Assembly (NCBI GenBank): GCA_963752155.1
Contig: CAVVXH010000010.1
Coordinates: 352,001-416,000 of the forward strand
Direction: 5' to 3'
Length of the DNA stretch: 64,000 nt
DNA from: an uncultured Parachlamydiaceae bacterium
Lineage (GTDB): Bacteria; Chlamydiota; Chlamydiia; Chlamydiales; Parachlamydiaceae
Positions 28,690-39,016 of the stretch are shown here, in pieces. The stretch's first letter is position 1. The number at the start of each line of letters is the position of its first letter. The notes beneath the pieces are model-generated. The model made no database searches. It saw only the letters and a program-made list of their open reading frames with translations, and was not told where the DNA came from. The translations under genes and the position numbers were made by a program.

Positions 28690-29183
28690 TCAGAATTCGT
28701 CGTTATATTCTTCCCCATTGTGGGCTTCGAGAGGCGTTGGAACTGGATTGCCACTTGGTAATGCGGCCAAAGCTTTCTTCATTTGTTCGTAAGGAATGAC
28801 ATTTTTAAAAATCACATGGACAGATGAAACATGTAATACCAGTGAAACGGGTAATATCTTCACTTACTTTATGTTGAATTTCTTCAGCTTTTTCGGGGAT
28901 GCGGATTCCATAGCAGACGTCGATTTCGAGCTTGATATCGACAGACTGCCGTTTGCTATCTTGTTCCGCAGATAATTCCTTTAATGCTTTCCGGTCCACT
29001 TCGCCCAAGAATGTTATCGATGAAATTACCTTCGAGAAGACTAATGCCTTCGACATTAGCAAGACTTTGGAGGATGATACCTTGCAAGACTTTATTTTCG
29101 ATATCCCGACTAAATGTCGTTTCTGGAATTTCGAATTCTTTGGTATCAAATTTTTTAAGTTCGTTTTTACCTTTGTCGTTCAT
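28690..29183 (-). CDS. Asp23/Gls24 family protein, frameshifted
   Basis: PETTFSRDIENKV and V.YGIRIPEKAEEIQ..V..DI..FTG lie in consecutive frames. Confidence 0.75.
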
Positions 29184-29265
29184 GGCTAATTAGGCTCCTA
29201 TGAAGATTACAAAAATCCCAATGAAGCCTAAACTTCACTGGGATAGACAAAGAGAAAGGACAATT

Positions 29266-29572
29266 TTACCAACTCGCTTTCGTGATACCCGGGAATTAAT
29301 CCTTGGTTAGCCATTTCACGGAAGCAGAGGCGTGAGAGTTTAAATCTTCTTAAATAACCGCGTGATCGGCCTGTGAGTCCACAACGATTGCGAACGCGAA
29401 TGATGCTGGAATCGCGAGGCATTTTATTTAAGGCGACGCGAGCAAGTGCGCGTTCTTCTTCGCTGATATTGAGATCTGCACTACGAGCTTTAAGTGCTTG
29501 CCGTTTTTCCCATTTGGCATTCACAATTCTTTGGCGGCGCTTGTTTTTTTCAATCGATGACTTTTTTGCCAT
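29266..29572 (-). CDS. rpsN: 30S ribosomal protein S14 (one extra base near the 3' end)
   Basis: MAKKSSIEK...PRDSS..RVRNRC.LTGRSRG..LSRLCFRE; removing one G restores IPGITKASW*. Confidence 0.95.
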
Positions 29573-29581
29573 GCTTTTATC

Positions 29582-29719
29582 CTATTTTTTGCGGGCAGGC
29601 CCTTTTTGGCGCTGTTTGCGGTTGGGATCTTTTTTATTGATGACGTAAAGGCGTCCACACCTACGGACGAGGAGATCGCCCTTTGAAGGGTCTGCTTTTA
29701 CTGATGCGTTAACTTTCAT
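29582..29719 (-). CDS. rpmJ: 50S ribosomal protein L36
   Basis: Manually translated [45 protein letters not shown]; not in the ORF track. Confidence 0.95.
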   Translation of the reverse strand: MKVNASVKADPSKGDLLVRRCGRLYVINKKDPNRKQRQKGPARKK

Positions 29720-29997
29720 ATCTAGTTTCCTAACTTCTCGGCGATTTTTGTTGCCTGGATGAATAATCTCTATTTATAGCGCATCTCATATTTTTCAGCA
29801 AGTGATACTTTTTCTTTCTTGCGATTGTGCTAATTTTCGTGTCCTGTGTGTGTCCAGAAGCACGAAATAATTTTCAAAAAATCGCTAATTTTTTGTGCCC
29901 CGTTGTTTCATCTTTTTTCGGTTGCTTTTTTCACTCAAGATTATGTAAACTGAGATTTATGTATATCAGTTAACCCATTTAAGTAAGGAATATCGCC

Positions 29998-30135
29998 GTG
30001 AAACGTACATATCAAGGAAGCAAACGGTGCCGTAAATCTGTTCATGGCTTTCGAAAAAGAATGCAAACAGCCAATGGCCGCAAAATTATCAATAATCGAC
30101 GTCGTTTAGGGCGTAAGCAACTCACGCGAGTGTGA
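29998..30135 (+). CDS. rpmH: 50S ribosomal protein L34
   Basis: GTG start; [45 protein letters not shown]. Confidence 0.95.
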   Translation: MKRTYQGSKRCRKSVHGFRKRMQTANGRKIINNRRRLGRKQLTRV

Positions 30136-30488
30136 CGTACACTCAGGTGTCTCATCTTTCGATGTATAGTTTTCCAAAGAAATTGAGACTGCGTTTGCGC
30201 AGGGATTTCTTGCGAATGTCATCCAATTGCAAGCGTTGTAATGGCGCTTATTTTGCAATTGACGTTCGTAAAAATGGTTTGGAGATCACTCGCATAGGGA
30301 TTACAGTTACGCGGCGCTTTGGCGATGCTCATCGTCGCAATCGCTTTAAGCGCCTTGTTCGCGAAGCCTTTCGTTTGTGCCAACATGTGATTGTCAAAGG
30401 GGTCGATCTCAATGTTCGTCCATACCCTCGTCAATTCGAACTCACCTTGCAGCAAGTACAAGATGAACTTCTACGTTTTTTAAAATGA
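30132..30488 (+). CDS. rnpA: Ribonuclease P protein component
   Basis: [13 protein letters not shown] and [13 protein letters not shown]; follows rpmH. Confidence 0.93.
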   Translation: MTYTQVSHLSMYSFPKKLRLRLRRDFLRMSSNCKRCNGAYFAIDVRKNGLEITRIGITVTRRFGDAHRRNRFKRLVREAFRLCQHVIVKGVDLNVRPYPRQFELTLQQVQDELLRFLK

Positions 30489-32483
30489 TGAATAAACAAC
30501 AGCAACTGGCCGTAGAGACTGTCGAAGGGCGTGTCCTCATTTTAGCCGGTGCAGGTTGTGGTAAAACACGAGTGCTAACTTACCGGATGGCACATCTGAT
30601 TGGAAAATTAGGTGTCCCTCCACAATCTTATCCTAGGATTGACATTCACCAATAAAGCAGCTATAGAGATGCGCCATCGAATGGCAGGGTTGTTAGATGA
30701 AAAGCTTGCAGGGGAAATCACCCTATCCACTTTTCATAGTTTCTGTTTACAGGTACTCCGCAGTCATATCGAAAGGCTCGGATACACCTCTAGGTTTACT
30801 CTTTACAATGAAAATGATGTCAATCGGCTCATGAACTACATCACCCGAGATATTTTAACTCATCAAGGGGATCTTCCTTCCTTTGCCAAAGCTGAAGCGC
30901 TCATTCAAAAAGCAAAAAATCAGGGAATACGTCCTGATGAACTTCAAGACAGCTCTTCCAAATGGCATGAACAGTTTGTTCGTACTCTTTACGCTCGGTT
31001 GGATGAGGCCATGCGTGCACATAATGCAGTCGATTTTGATCGTCTTTTGACGCTCACTGTGGAGTTATTTGAAAATCATCCAGACCTTCTTGAACATTAT
31101 CAAGACAGGTATCGTTACATCATGATTGATGAGTATCAAGATACGAATCCAGTTCAGTATAGACTAGCAGTATTGCTTTCAAGAAAGTATCATAACTTAT
31201 GTGTTGTAGGAGATGATGATCAATCTATCTATGGCTGGCGGGGAGCCGATGTGCGCAATATTCTAGAATTTGAGAATGCAACTGTGATTAAGCTTGAGCA
31301 AAATTATCGCTCAACAAACGGGATCTTGCAGGCGGCGAATGCTGTCATTCAAAAAAATTCTGAAAGACGGCAAAAAGTATTATGGAGCGAATGTGGGGTA
31401 GGAGAACCCATTGAAGTATTTGTTGCAGAATCTGAAGATCATGAAGCTGAGGCTGTTGTGAAAAGGATTCTCAAGTTACGTGAAAAAGAAAACTTAAAAT
31501 GGCGCGATATAGCTATCCTTTACCGTTCGAATGCCCTTTCAAGAAAATTCGAACTGGCGTTGGCCAAACAGGCCTGGAAGGGAATGCAGGGGTGGAATCT
31601 GGGTATCCCTTATAAAATTCACGGAAGTAGTGAGTTGTACGAACGGCGTGAGGTTAAAGACTTGCAAGCCTACTTAAGAGTAATCGTTAATCCTTTGGAT
31701 CAAGAAGCTTTATTGCGTATTATCAATCAACCACGCCGAGGGATAGGGGAAGCCTCTTTAGATGTTTTGACGTCTTACAATCGATCTCATAAAATTCCAC
31801 TTTGGAATGTCATCCAAGAGGCTTTAAAGGAAGAGGGAGCGATCGTCGCAACTTTACGAGAGCCATTAAGTGTTAAAGCTTTGGAAGGACTGCAAGATTT
31901 TGTCAAAATTATCGATGAAGCTGCTTATCGTTTTTCTACGCGTTCGCTTGCCAAAACCTTGGAGTGGTTGATTGAGCGCATTGTTTATAAAAACGCGATT
32001 AAGGAAGAAGTGAAAAGTGTTCAAATGCGTGACTTTAAATGGCAGAATGTGTTGGAGTTTGTCAATATTTTATCGGCATTTGAGCAGCAGGAGGCCATGA
32101 AGAGTCAACAAGATTTATTTTCACAATTAGTTGATTTTGTAGGAAATTTCCCGTTGGGAAATTATGGTGGAGCGAGTGGAGAAGATGATCAATTGGAAGA
32201 TAAAGTCCAGTTGATGACTTTTCATAGTGCGAAGGGATTGGAATTTCCTGCTTGTTTTTTGGTGGGGATGGAGGACCATATTATTCCTCATGAAAAAAGT
32301 CTTTTAGAAAGTGGAATTGAAGAGGAGAGGCGTCTGATGTATGTTGCTTTAACACGAGCGATGAAGTATCTAGTCATAAGCATGTCTGCTAAGCGCGTTC
32401 GGATGGGTAAAGAAGAGATTGTTAGACCTTCTCGCTTTTTATTTGATATTCCTCAAGAATTATTGAATAAAACACTACCATAA
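30485..32483 (+). CDS. UvrD/Rep family ATP-dependent DNA helicase, with a +1 frameshift near 30628
   Basis: Walker [10 protein letters not shown] lies upstream in a different frame; [31 protein letters not shown] and [13 protein letters not shown]. Confidence 0.92.
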
Positions 32484-32533
32484 TGTGTTAGTTTCTTTTT
32501 AGCCTGTTGACTCCTAAATAACAAAATCGACTG

Positions 32534-32731
32534 ATGCGGAATACTAAGAAAAATTAAACACAAAGGCACGAAGGCACAAAGAGCACAAAGAGATCTTACA
32601 TGTAAAATAAAATTCACCTCTTTTTTTTAAAACTAAAGATTCTTCGCGTAAGATCTCTTTGTGCTCTTTGCGCCTTCGTGCCTTTGCGTTTAATTTTTTC
32701 CTATACTTTATATCCTAATACCGCAGCATCT
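32534..32731. repeat. Palindromic element family B (arms with 9-bp periodic AAAGGCACG/AAAGAGCAC units)
   Basis: About 50-bp inverted arms around a roughly 48-bp spacer; related copies at 54959 and 63251. Confidence 0.92.
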
Positions 32732-32902
32732 TTCTCACCTACCAAACAATCTGTTATTTCCCAATAAGAGGCGCCGCAGGCAACTGTCTCGCTTTGTGTT
32801 TTGCCGAAAATTGCTGATAAAATTCTTTTTTGTACTCATATTTTGCATGAAGTGCTATAGTTAAAATTAGAGGCTGGAAGAGCAAGCTGAAAGGAAGGGA
32901 AA

Positions 32903-33211
32903 ATGGACCAATTTGTGGATCTTTTAAAGGAAATAAATATCGTCCAAATATTTATTATTTTATCAGGAATTTGGGGATTTTATAGCCGATTAGATAAAAA
33001 AATTGACACACTTGATGAACGGTTAAGTGAGAAAATTAATAAGCTTGATGAACGGTTAGGTAACAGAATAGATAAACTTGATTTAAAGATAGATAAATTG
33101 AGTGAAAAAGTGGAAGATGTCGATCGTCGACTCTGTAGAATTGAAGGAAGCCTGGCCACTCAAGGACATTGTCTATTTAACCAAGTTAGGCCGGAACAAA
33201 AGGCAGAGTAA
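32903..33211 (+). CDS. Small N-terminally anchored coiled-coil protein with 11-aa repeats (Bdr/XhlA-like)
   Basis: TM segment, then KIDTLDERLSE-KINKLDERLGN-RIDKLD (33-bp DNA repeats); AGGAAGG RBS. Confidence 0.7.
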   Translation: MDQFVDLLKEINIVQIFIILSGIWGFYSRLDKKIDTLDERLSEKINKLDERLGNRIDKLDLKIDKLSEKVEDVDRRLCRIEGSLATQGHCLFNQVRPEQKAE

Positions 33212-33287
33212 GGGGCAGTAAAAACAATAACTGCACGATCGAGCTCGCCAAAGCTCAATCGTGCAAGTAATTGTTTTACAGCCCCTT
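33211..33287. terminator. Long imperfect hairpin between convergent genes
   Basis: aggggcagtaaaaacaataactgcacgatcgagct pairs with agctcaatcgtgcaagtaattgttttacagcccct. Confidence 0.7.
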
Positions 33288-33302
33288 TAGTATTGAAAAT
33301 AT

Positions 33303-34325
33303 TCAAACTTTTGCTTTAGATGGCACAGTAGTAGTTTCTTTAAGTACTTTTAAAAGGTTATCTCGGTAGGTGACTAGGAGGGCATACTGATATGCACTTA
33401 TCATTAAGGGATTTTCTGAGTAGGTTACTAAAAGCGGAATCTTAAAGTTTTCTGGATTTTTAATTTTTCCTTCAAGAGCCTTAATTTCATCCTCCAGATC
33501 TTTAATGATTTTATCTTTTCCAATCCCGACAAACTGTAGTTGTTGGGTTGCATCTATGGTTTTAGATTGGAAAGGAGATTCTTCTATGTTTCCAGGAACA
33601 AGTGTGAAGACTAAGTCATTGATATCAACATTTTCATTCTTTAACAAATGAGGGATTAAAGTTTGTTCTGCACGTTCGCTCCAATAAATTTTGACCTCTT
33701 TTTCTTTTTCTTTGCCGGGCAAAGCATCGTGTAAATGTACCAAATTATTAAATAACCTGTTACGAGATTCCCAAAATGTTCTTGTAGATGGTTTGTGAGG
33801 ACTTATGTTAAATTGAATTTCTCCGATAAGGTCATAAATCTCCTGTGTACTTTCTGTCGTATGGAAGCAACAGGCAAATCCAGCAGCATGTAAGACTTCT
33901 GTGTCGATAACGTCAGCAATAGTTGTGAAATGTGGAAGTTCTCCGTTGTCTTTGTTCATTCGGACTAATCCAAGCTCAAGCAAAGGTGGTAGAATTATTG
34001 GTAATGCCGGAGAGTTTGTTTTTGAAATATTTAATTGAACAATTTCTTTAATTTGTTTTTCTCTTTCAATGATGGCTATTTCATCAGTTCGTTTTACTAA
34101 AAATGCGTATTTTTTCCCACTTACACTAATTTCATGTGCAGTCCAGGATGAAAGGCAGTTGAAAAATTTGTGTAGATAATATCCAAGTGTGCTTAGAAAA
34201 CCCTTCGGTTCGTAAACCCAAAAACGATTATTGTGGAGTGAGTAAGTACTTCTCTTGATATCGGTATCATAGGTTAAAGAATATTGCTCTCCGCTTAAAG
34301 TTACATTTAAGTTTAATCCTGTCAT
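33303..34325 (-). CDS. Hypothetical protein, possible effector
   Basis: 340-aa ORF with AAGGA RBS; no recognised domain. Confidence 0.7.
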   Translation of the reverse strand: MTGLNLNVTLSGEQYSLTYDTDIKRSTYSLHNNRFWVYEPKGFLSTLGYYLHKFFNCLSSWTAHEISVSGKKYAFLVKRTDEIAIIEREKQIKEIVQLNISKTNSPALPIILPPLLELGLVRMNKDNGELPHFTTIADVIDTEVLHAAGFACCFHTTESTQEIYDLIGEIQFNISPHKPSTRTFWESRNRLFNNLVHLHDALPGKEKEKEVKIYWSERAEQTLIPHLLKNENVDINDLVFTLVPGNIEESPFQSKTIDATQQLQFVGIGKDKIIKDLEDEIKALEGKIKNPENFKIPLLVTYSENPLMISAYQYALLVTYRDNLLKVLKETTTVPSKAKV

Positions 34326-34550
34326 AAAAAAATCCTTTTATTTAATGCAGCCGTATGAAAGCTGTAATTTTTTAGTAAATGAGATGAATGTCCTTACAAT
34401 ATATCATTTCTATAATAATAAATCAACAGAAAAAAAATTGGAATAGTTTTGTACATCAGCTGACCAATATTTTTTTCACTTGGAACATTTTGTATGAAGT
34501 GCTAAAATTTAGGCAACTCTTCTCTAGAACCCTCCCAAAAGGTAAAACAT

Positions 34551-35657
34551 ATGTTTGTTTATTCAAATAAAATCTTGTTGTTTATCAACAAAATCAAAAA
34601 TGGGATTCATGAGATCTTAACAAAAGAAATTAAAGTGCGAGTGAGTCGTAACCGATTTTATGATTTTTCTGATCGATATTCCTATCCTATTTCTGTTCAG
34701 ATTTATAATGACAGGAACTATTTAGGATACTTTGACGGCAATTTCTATGAACTTGGATTTCATGAATGTCTAATGCAAGTCAGTGAAAAGCAGCTCTACA
34801 ACATCATCAGGCATGAATTGGCACATTACTTTCTTTTTATTGAACATGAGAATGCTCAGGAGCAACCCCATTCGCCAAGATTTAGAGCCTTTTGTATGCG
34901 AAGAGGATGGGGAGAAGAGGTATATAGCGCGACTATCTCTCTAGAAACAGGGGATACTTTCCCTGAAATAGAGAAAAGTAGCGTTTTTAGAAAGGTTCAG
35001 AAGCTCATGGCCTTAGCAGGCAGTCGGAATGAAAATGAAGCTGAACAAGCGATGATCAAGTCGCAGCAACTTCTCTTGAAGCATAACATTGACTCAGCCT
35101 TCATATCAAATGAAGAGGATGAAAAAATATTTACCAAAAGAATTATGAAGCAAAAGAAAGAAAATGCAAAAATGCGTGCAATTTCTCGAATTCTAGAAAC
35201 TTATTTTGTCAATGTCATCTACCAAAAATCTAAGGAGGCCATATATATTGAAATTTTAGGTAATGCTGTCAATATAGAGATTGCTGAGTACGTTGCTGAA
35301 GTCCTAAGTGTAGAATTTGAAAAGCTCTGGGATCACGTTAGAGAACATTATCAACTGAAAGGGATCACTGCAAAAAATTCCTTCTTTTTAGGTCTCGCCA
35401 GAGGGTATTGTGATAAAATAGGAGCACTGAAGAGAGAATATGTTCAAGAAACGGTAAATGCTCTCATGATTATTGAAAAAAAACTTCAAGTGGCTAAAAA
35501 TGCGATCTATCCTCATTTAACTTCGATAAAAAGTAAAGGAAGTTTCTGCTCTCAGTCTTCTGCGCTTGGTGAACAGATGGGAAGAGAACTCCAAATTAAT
35601 CCTGCTGTTAAATCTTCAGCGCAATCAAATGTTTTAATTGGCTATAAAGGGGCTTAA
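34551..35657 (+). CDS. SprT-like metalloprotease domain fused to DUF2786
   Basis: IIRHELAH...PH.PRF (HExxH..H); RKVQKLMALAGS.NENEAEQAMIKSQQLLLKHNI (DUF2786). Confidence 0.78.
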   Translation: MFVYSNKILLFINKIKNGIHEILTKEIKVRVSRNRFYDFSDRYSYPISVQIYNDRNYLGYFDGNFYELGFHECLMQVSEKQLYNIIRHELAHYFLFIEHENAQEQPHSPRFRAFCMRRGWGEEVYSATISLETGDTFPEIEKSSVFRKVQKLMALAGSRNENEAEQAMIKSQQLLLKHNIDSAFISNEEDEKIFTKRIMKQKKENAKMRAISRILETYFVNVIYQKSKEAIYIEILGNAVNIEIAEYVAEVLSVEFEKLWDHVREHYQLKGITAKNSFFLGLARGYCDKIGALKREYVQETVNALMIIEKKLQVAKNAIYPHLTSIKSKGSFCSQSSALGEQMGRELQINPAVKSSAQSNVLIGYKGA

Positions 35658-35662
35658 ATTGC

Positions 35663-36301
35663 ATGCAAGAGTCTACCGAGAAGAAAGAACGGATAGGAAT
35701 TTATGGTGGAAGTTTTAATCCGATCCATTTTGGTCACATCCATTTGGCTATAGAGATGTTGGAAAAGCGTGCACTAGATAAAATCTATTTTTGTCCAGCC
35801 GCTTTGAATCCTCATAAAATCGAATCAAAAAACATGATAGCTCCTGCACATCGATTAACGATGCTAAAATTAGCCCTTGAAGAAATTCCTCAATTTTCAG
35901 TGATTGAAAATGAGCTGCAACGCCCTGCGCCTTCTTTTACGATCGATACTGTTGAGGAGCTTTTGTTAACAGATCCCCAACCCCACTATTTTTTTATTGC
36001 AGGAAATGATGTTGTAGCGACTTTTGATCATTGGCATCGAGCACATGAAATCGTTGCTTTGGTGGATGTTTTAATTGGAACGCGGCTCGTTGACTTCGAG
36101 AATTTTCATACTCGAATGAATTTAGATCCAGTGATCGATGAAGCATTAAAAGCAGGAATCACTCCAACAAGAGTTTTTGAAGTCAGCAGCACAGAAATTC
36201 GGGAACGCATTGCAAGGAAAAAGTATTGCGGGCATCTGGTTCCTTCAAAAGTATTGGACTATATCTATCGGAATCGATTATACTTTAGTTACTTTAGTTG
36301 A
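35663..36301 (+). CDS. nadD: Nicotinate-nucleotide adenylyltransferase
   Basis: GGSFNPIHFGH, SFTIDT and VSSTEIR. Confidence 0.95.
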   Translation: MQESTEKKERIGIYGGSFNPIHFGHIHLAIEMLEKRALDKIYFCPAALNPHKIESKNMIAPAHRLTMLKLALEEIPQFSVIENELQRPAPSFTIDTVEELLLTDPQPHYFFIAGNDVVATFDHWHRAHEIVALVDVLIGTRLVDFENFHTRMNLDPVIDEALKAGITPTRVFEVSSTEIRERIARKKYCGHLVPSKVLDYIYRNRLYFSYFS

Positions 36302-36309
36302 AGAAAGTG

Positions 36310-36415
36310 TCAGTTCCCGTTAATTTTGGTGCCCGTGTCCGAAAATTAGTAAAATTTACGAAATTTTTCGAGCACGGCACGCACACGGGCACGAAAGTTT
36401 AGCAGGAATTGCTGA
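36310..36415. repeat. Palindromic element family C (GTGCCC hexamer arms, AGCRGGAATTGCTGA end)
   Basis: ttcccgttaattttggtgcccgtg pairs with cacgggcacgaaagtttagcaggaa; related copies at 49354 and 63221. Confidence 0.75.
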
Positions 36416-36476
36416 GATCTTACAACAGTAAGATGCACAGTCCCTTAGTTTAAAAAATTTGATTTTGAGTGTTTTT

Positions 36477-36860
36477 GTGAGTAAAAAAAGTGAATCTATA
36501 CAGCTTCTCGATGTGATTAGCCAAGCCATCTTCGATAAAAAAGGAGCGAACATCATTGCAATTGATGTGCGTGGTATTTCAACGATGACAGACTTCTATT
36601 TGATTGCCGAAGGCAATGTAGAGCGTCATGTAAAGGCCATCCATAATTCTGTAATTGATGCGATGGAAAAAAATGGACGACGTCCTCTTTTTGTTGAAGG
36701 AGTGCGTGAAAGTGACTGGGTTGTTGTGGATTTTGGAGAGATGGTCGTCCACTTATTTATTCCAGAAATGCGCGAAAAATATGCTTTAGAAAATTTGTGG
36801 AAAGATGGAAAGATTGTCGATGTAGAGATTCTCGTTGACAACAAACCTTTTCCAACATGA
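36477..36860 (+). CDS. rsfS: Ribosome silencing factor
   Basis: IFDKKG.NI.AIDV and WVVVDFGEMVVHLF...REKYALENLW. Confidence 0.93.
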   Translation: MSKKSESIQLLDVISQAIFDKKGANIIAIDVRGISTMTDFYLIAEGNVERHVKAIHNSVIDAMEKNGRRPLFVEGVRESDWVVVDFGEMVVHLFIPEMREKYALENLWKDGKIVDVEILVDNKPFPT

Positions 36861-36885
36861 GACGACATCACTTTAAGGGAATTTT

Positions 36886-38125
36886 ATGAAAAAAAGGATT
36901 GTTATAACTGGAATGGGACTCGTCTCTTGCTTTGGCAATGATGTCGATCTTTTTTATGATTATCTCCTAGCAGGGAAAAGTGGAGTTAGGCCTCTGACAA
37001 CATTTCCTTGCGACGATTATCCTACACGTTTTGCTGCTACAATCAACAATTTTGATCCAGGTGAATATATTGAAAAAAAACAGGCTAGACGCATTGACCC
37101 ATTCATTGCTTATGCGCTTGTTGCTGGTAAAAAAGCTTTAGAAAGCGCTTCTTTAAAAGACCTAGATAAAATCGATAAAAAACGTTGCGGCATATTAATT
37201 GGCTCTGGAATGGGTGGTATGGGAGTCTTTGCTGAGGGTGTTCAAACCCTTTTGGAAAAGGGGAACCGAAGAGTCACTCCATTTCTTGTGCCCTATATTA
37301 TTACTAATATGGCCGGAGGATTGTTAGCAATTGATACGGGATTCATGGGGCCGTGTTATTCAATTTCCACCGCATGTGCGACAGCGAACAATGCAATTAT
37401 TTCTGCTGCTAATCATATCCAACGAGGCGAAGCCGATTTGATGATCGCCGGAGGATCTGAGGCTGCTATTACGCCACTTGGAGTAGCAGGATTTTGCGCT
37501 TGCAAGGCCCTTTCTCAGCGCAATGATGCTCCTGAGAGAGCTTCTCGTCCTTGGGATAAAAATCGAGATGGTTTCGTCATCGGTGAAGGGAGCGGAGTTT
37601 TGATTCTTGAATCTCTTGAGCATGCTTTAGCAAGGAATGCTCCCATTCTGGCGGAATATTTAGGAGGTGGAATTTCTTGCGATGCTCATCACATGACTGA
37701 GCCAAGAAATGATGGTGCAGGGGTAGCTCTTATGTTTGACATCGGCATTAGCAGATGCAAAAGTGGATGTAGAAAGAGTTAACTATATAAATGCACATGC
37801 CACTTCAACACCTGTGGGTGATATGGCCGAAATTAATGCGCTGAAGAAAATTTTCGTTAAACAAAACCACATTGTAGTCAATGCCACAAAGTCGATGATT
37901 GGGCACTCTTTGGGGGCTGCAGGCGGTTTAGAAGCTATTGCCACAATCAAGGCTATTTTGACAGGCCGTGTTCATCCGACAATAAATTTGGAAAATCCTG
38001 AAGCAGAGGTTTTGGACTTCCATCTTCCAACCGTTGCGGAAGAGCATAAAATTGATGTAGCTCTTTCAAATTCATTTGGTTTTGGTGGGCATAATGCGAG
38101 TTTGGTTTTAAGTTCTTTTAGGTGA
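36886..38125 (+). CDS. fabF: Beta-ketoacyl-ACP synthase II, with a frameshift near 37733
   Basis: RIVITGMG, STACAT, DGFVIGEG, then in a second frame NAHATST, KSMIGHSLGAAG and SNSFGFGGHN. Confidence 0.93.
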
Positions 38126-38129
38126 AAAT

Positions 38130-38557
38130 ATGTACGATAGTTCTTTTGGGATAATTCCATTAAGAAAGAATGTAAATGATGTTTGGGAAGTGCTTTTGAT
38201 TCAGAATCGTCGTGGATCACACTGGAGCTTTCCAAAGGGGCATGCAGAGGGGGATGAAACCCCTTTTCAAGCCGCTAACCGAGAATTTCAAGAAGAAACT
38301 GGTTTGACTATAGTCGAGTTGCTCTTTCCTACTCCATTAATTGAAGAGTATCACTTTGATCTTCTGAGGGGCAGCCTATTTTTAAAAGTGTGACTTATTT
38401 TATGGCATTAGTTGAGGGAGTCTTAACATTGCAGCAAAAAGAAATCTCAGATTCTAAATGGATTCCTCTTAAAGAAGCCCCACTCCATCTTACTTTTTTA
38501 GAAGCTCAAAATCTTTCATTAAAAGTAGCTACTCTTTTAGAAAGTCATCTTATTTAA
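38130..38557 (+). CDS. NUDIX hydrolase (Ap4A hydrolase-like), with a frameshift near 38360
   Basis: WSFPKGH.EGDET..AANREFQEETGL; the C-terminus KSVTYFMALV..EISDSKW continues in another frame. Confidence 0.85.
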
Positions 38558-38619
38558 TCCTTCCCACGCATATCCTTGAACGCGATTTTAAAAAAATGCA
38601 AAAAATGTGAGTTGGCGTG

Positions 38620-38648
38620 TTGACATCAAATGTCTAAACATGTATTAT
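38620..38648 (+). promoter_or_regulatory. Near-consensus sigma66/sigma70 promoter with no downstream CDS
   Basis: TTGACA-17 bp-TATTAT. Confidence 0.7.
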
Positions 38649-38654
38649 TGGATC

Positions 38655-38956
38655 ATAAATAGCGACGACTTGAAGGATCGAGGGAAAATAATAATAGTTG
38701 TAAAAATAAAATATTAATTAAAGAGTGTTTAAACTGCTAACGTTTAAACACTCTAGCATCAATTTTGTAGTTCTTTGTTTTGTTGGTTTGTTGGGTTGTA
38801 GTTGTTGGAAAATTGATGATCTCTTCGTAGTGCAAAAGATGTGATTCAATAATAAAAATAATAGTGCACTTATAATAATTATAATCTAATTGTGATCATG
38901 ATAATAATATAATAACGTTCGTGATTGATCAAATGAGATTTCTCATTTGATCAATC
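38655..38956 (+). ncRNA. Candidate structured small RNA
   Basis: Orphan promoter; stems 38722-38754, 38757-38818 and 38923-38956; no convincing ORF. Confidence 0.4.
38923..38956. terminator. Perfect 16-bp inverted repeat
   Basis: gattgatcaaatgaga-tt-tctcatttgatcaatc. Confidence 0.7.
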
Positions 38957-38957
38957 G

Positions 38958-38996
38958 GCAAGGACAGCAAGGACGGCAAGGACGACAGACAAGGAC
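38958..38996. repeat. Family D 9-bp units (single arm)
   Basis: gcaaggacagcaaggacggcaaggacgacagacaaggac. Confidence 0.75.
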
Positions 38997-39016
38997 TATT
39001 TATCCAAAAAATAGCT

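Noticed and set aside
29228..29290. C-terminally extended S14, or programmed frameshifting in rpsN, fabF or the helicase
   Set aside because: A single extra base explains rpsN, and neighbouring genes show the same indel noise.
34388..34570. 60-aa ORF, and the many short ORFs antisense to or nested in long genes
   Set aside because: No motifs or RBS; they are shadows of well-supported genes or AT-rich promoter DNA.
38560..38960. Possible oriC in the AT-rich gap
   Set aside because: No cluster of TTATCCACA-like DnaA boxes seen.
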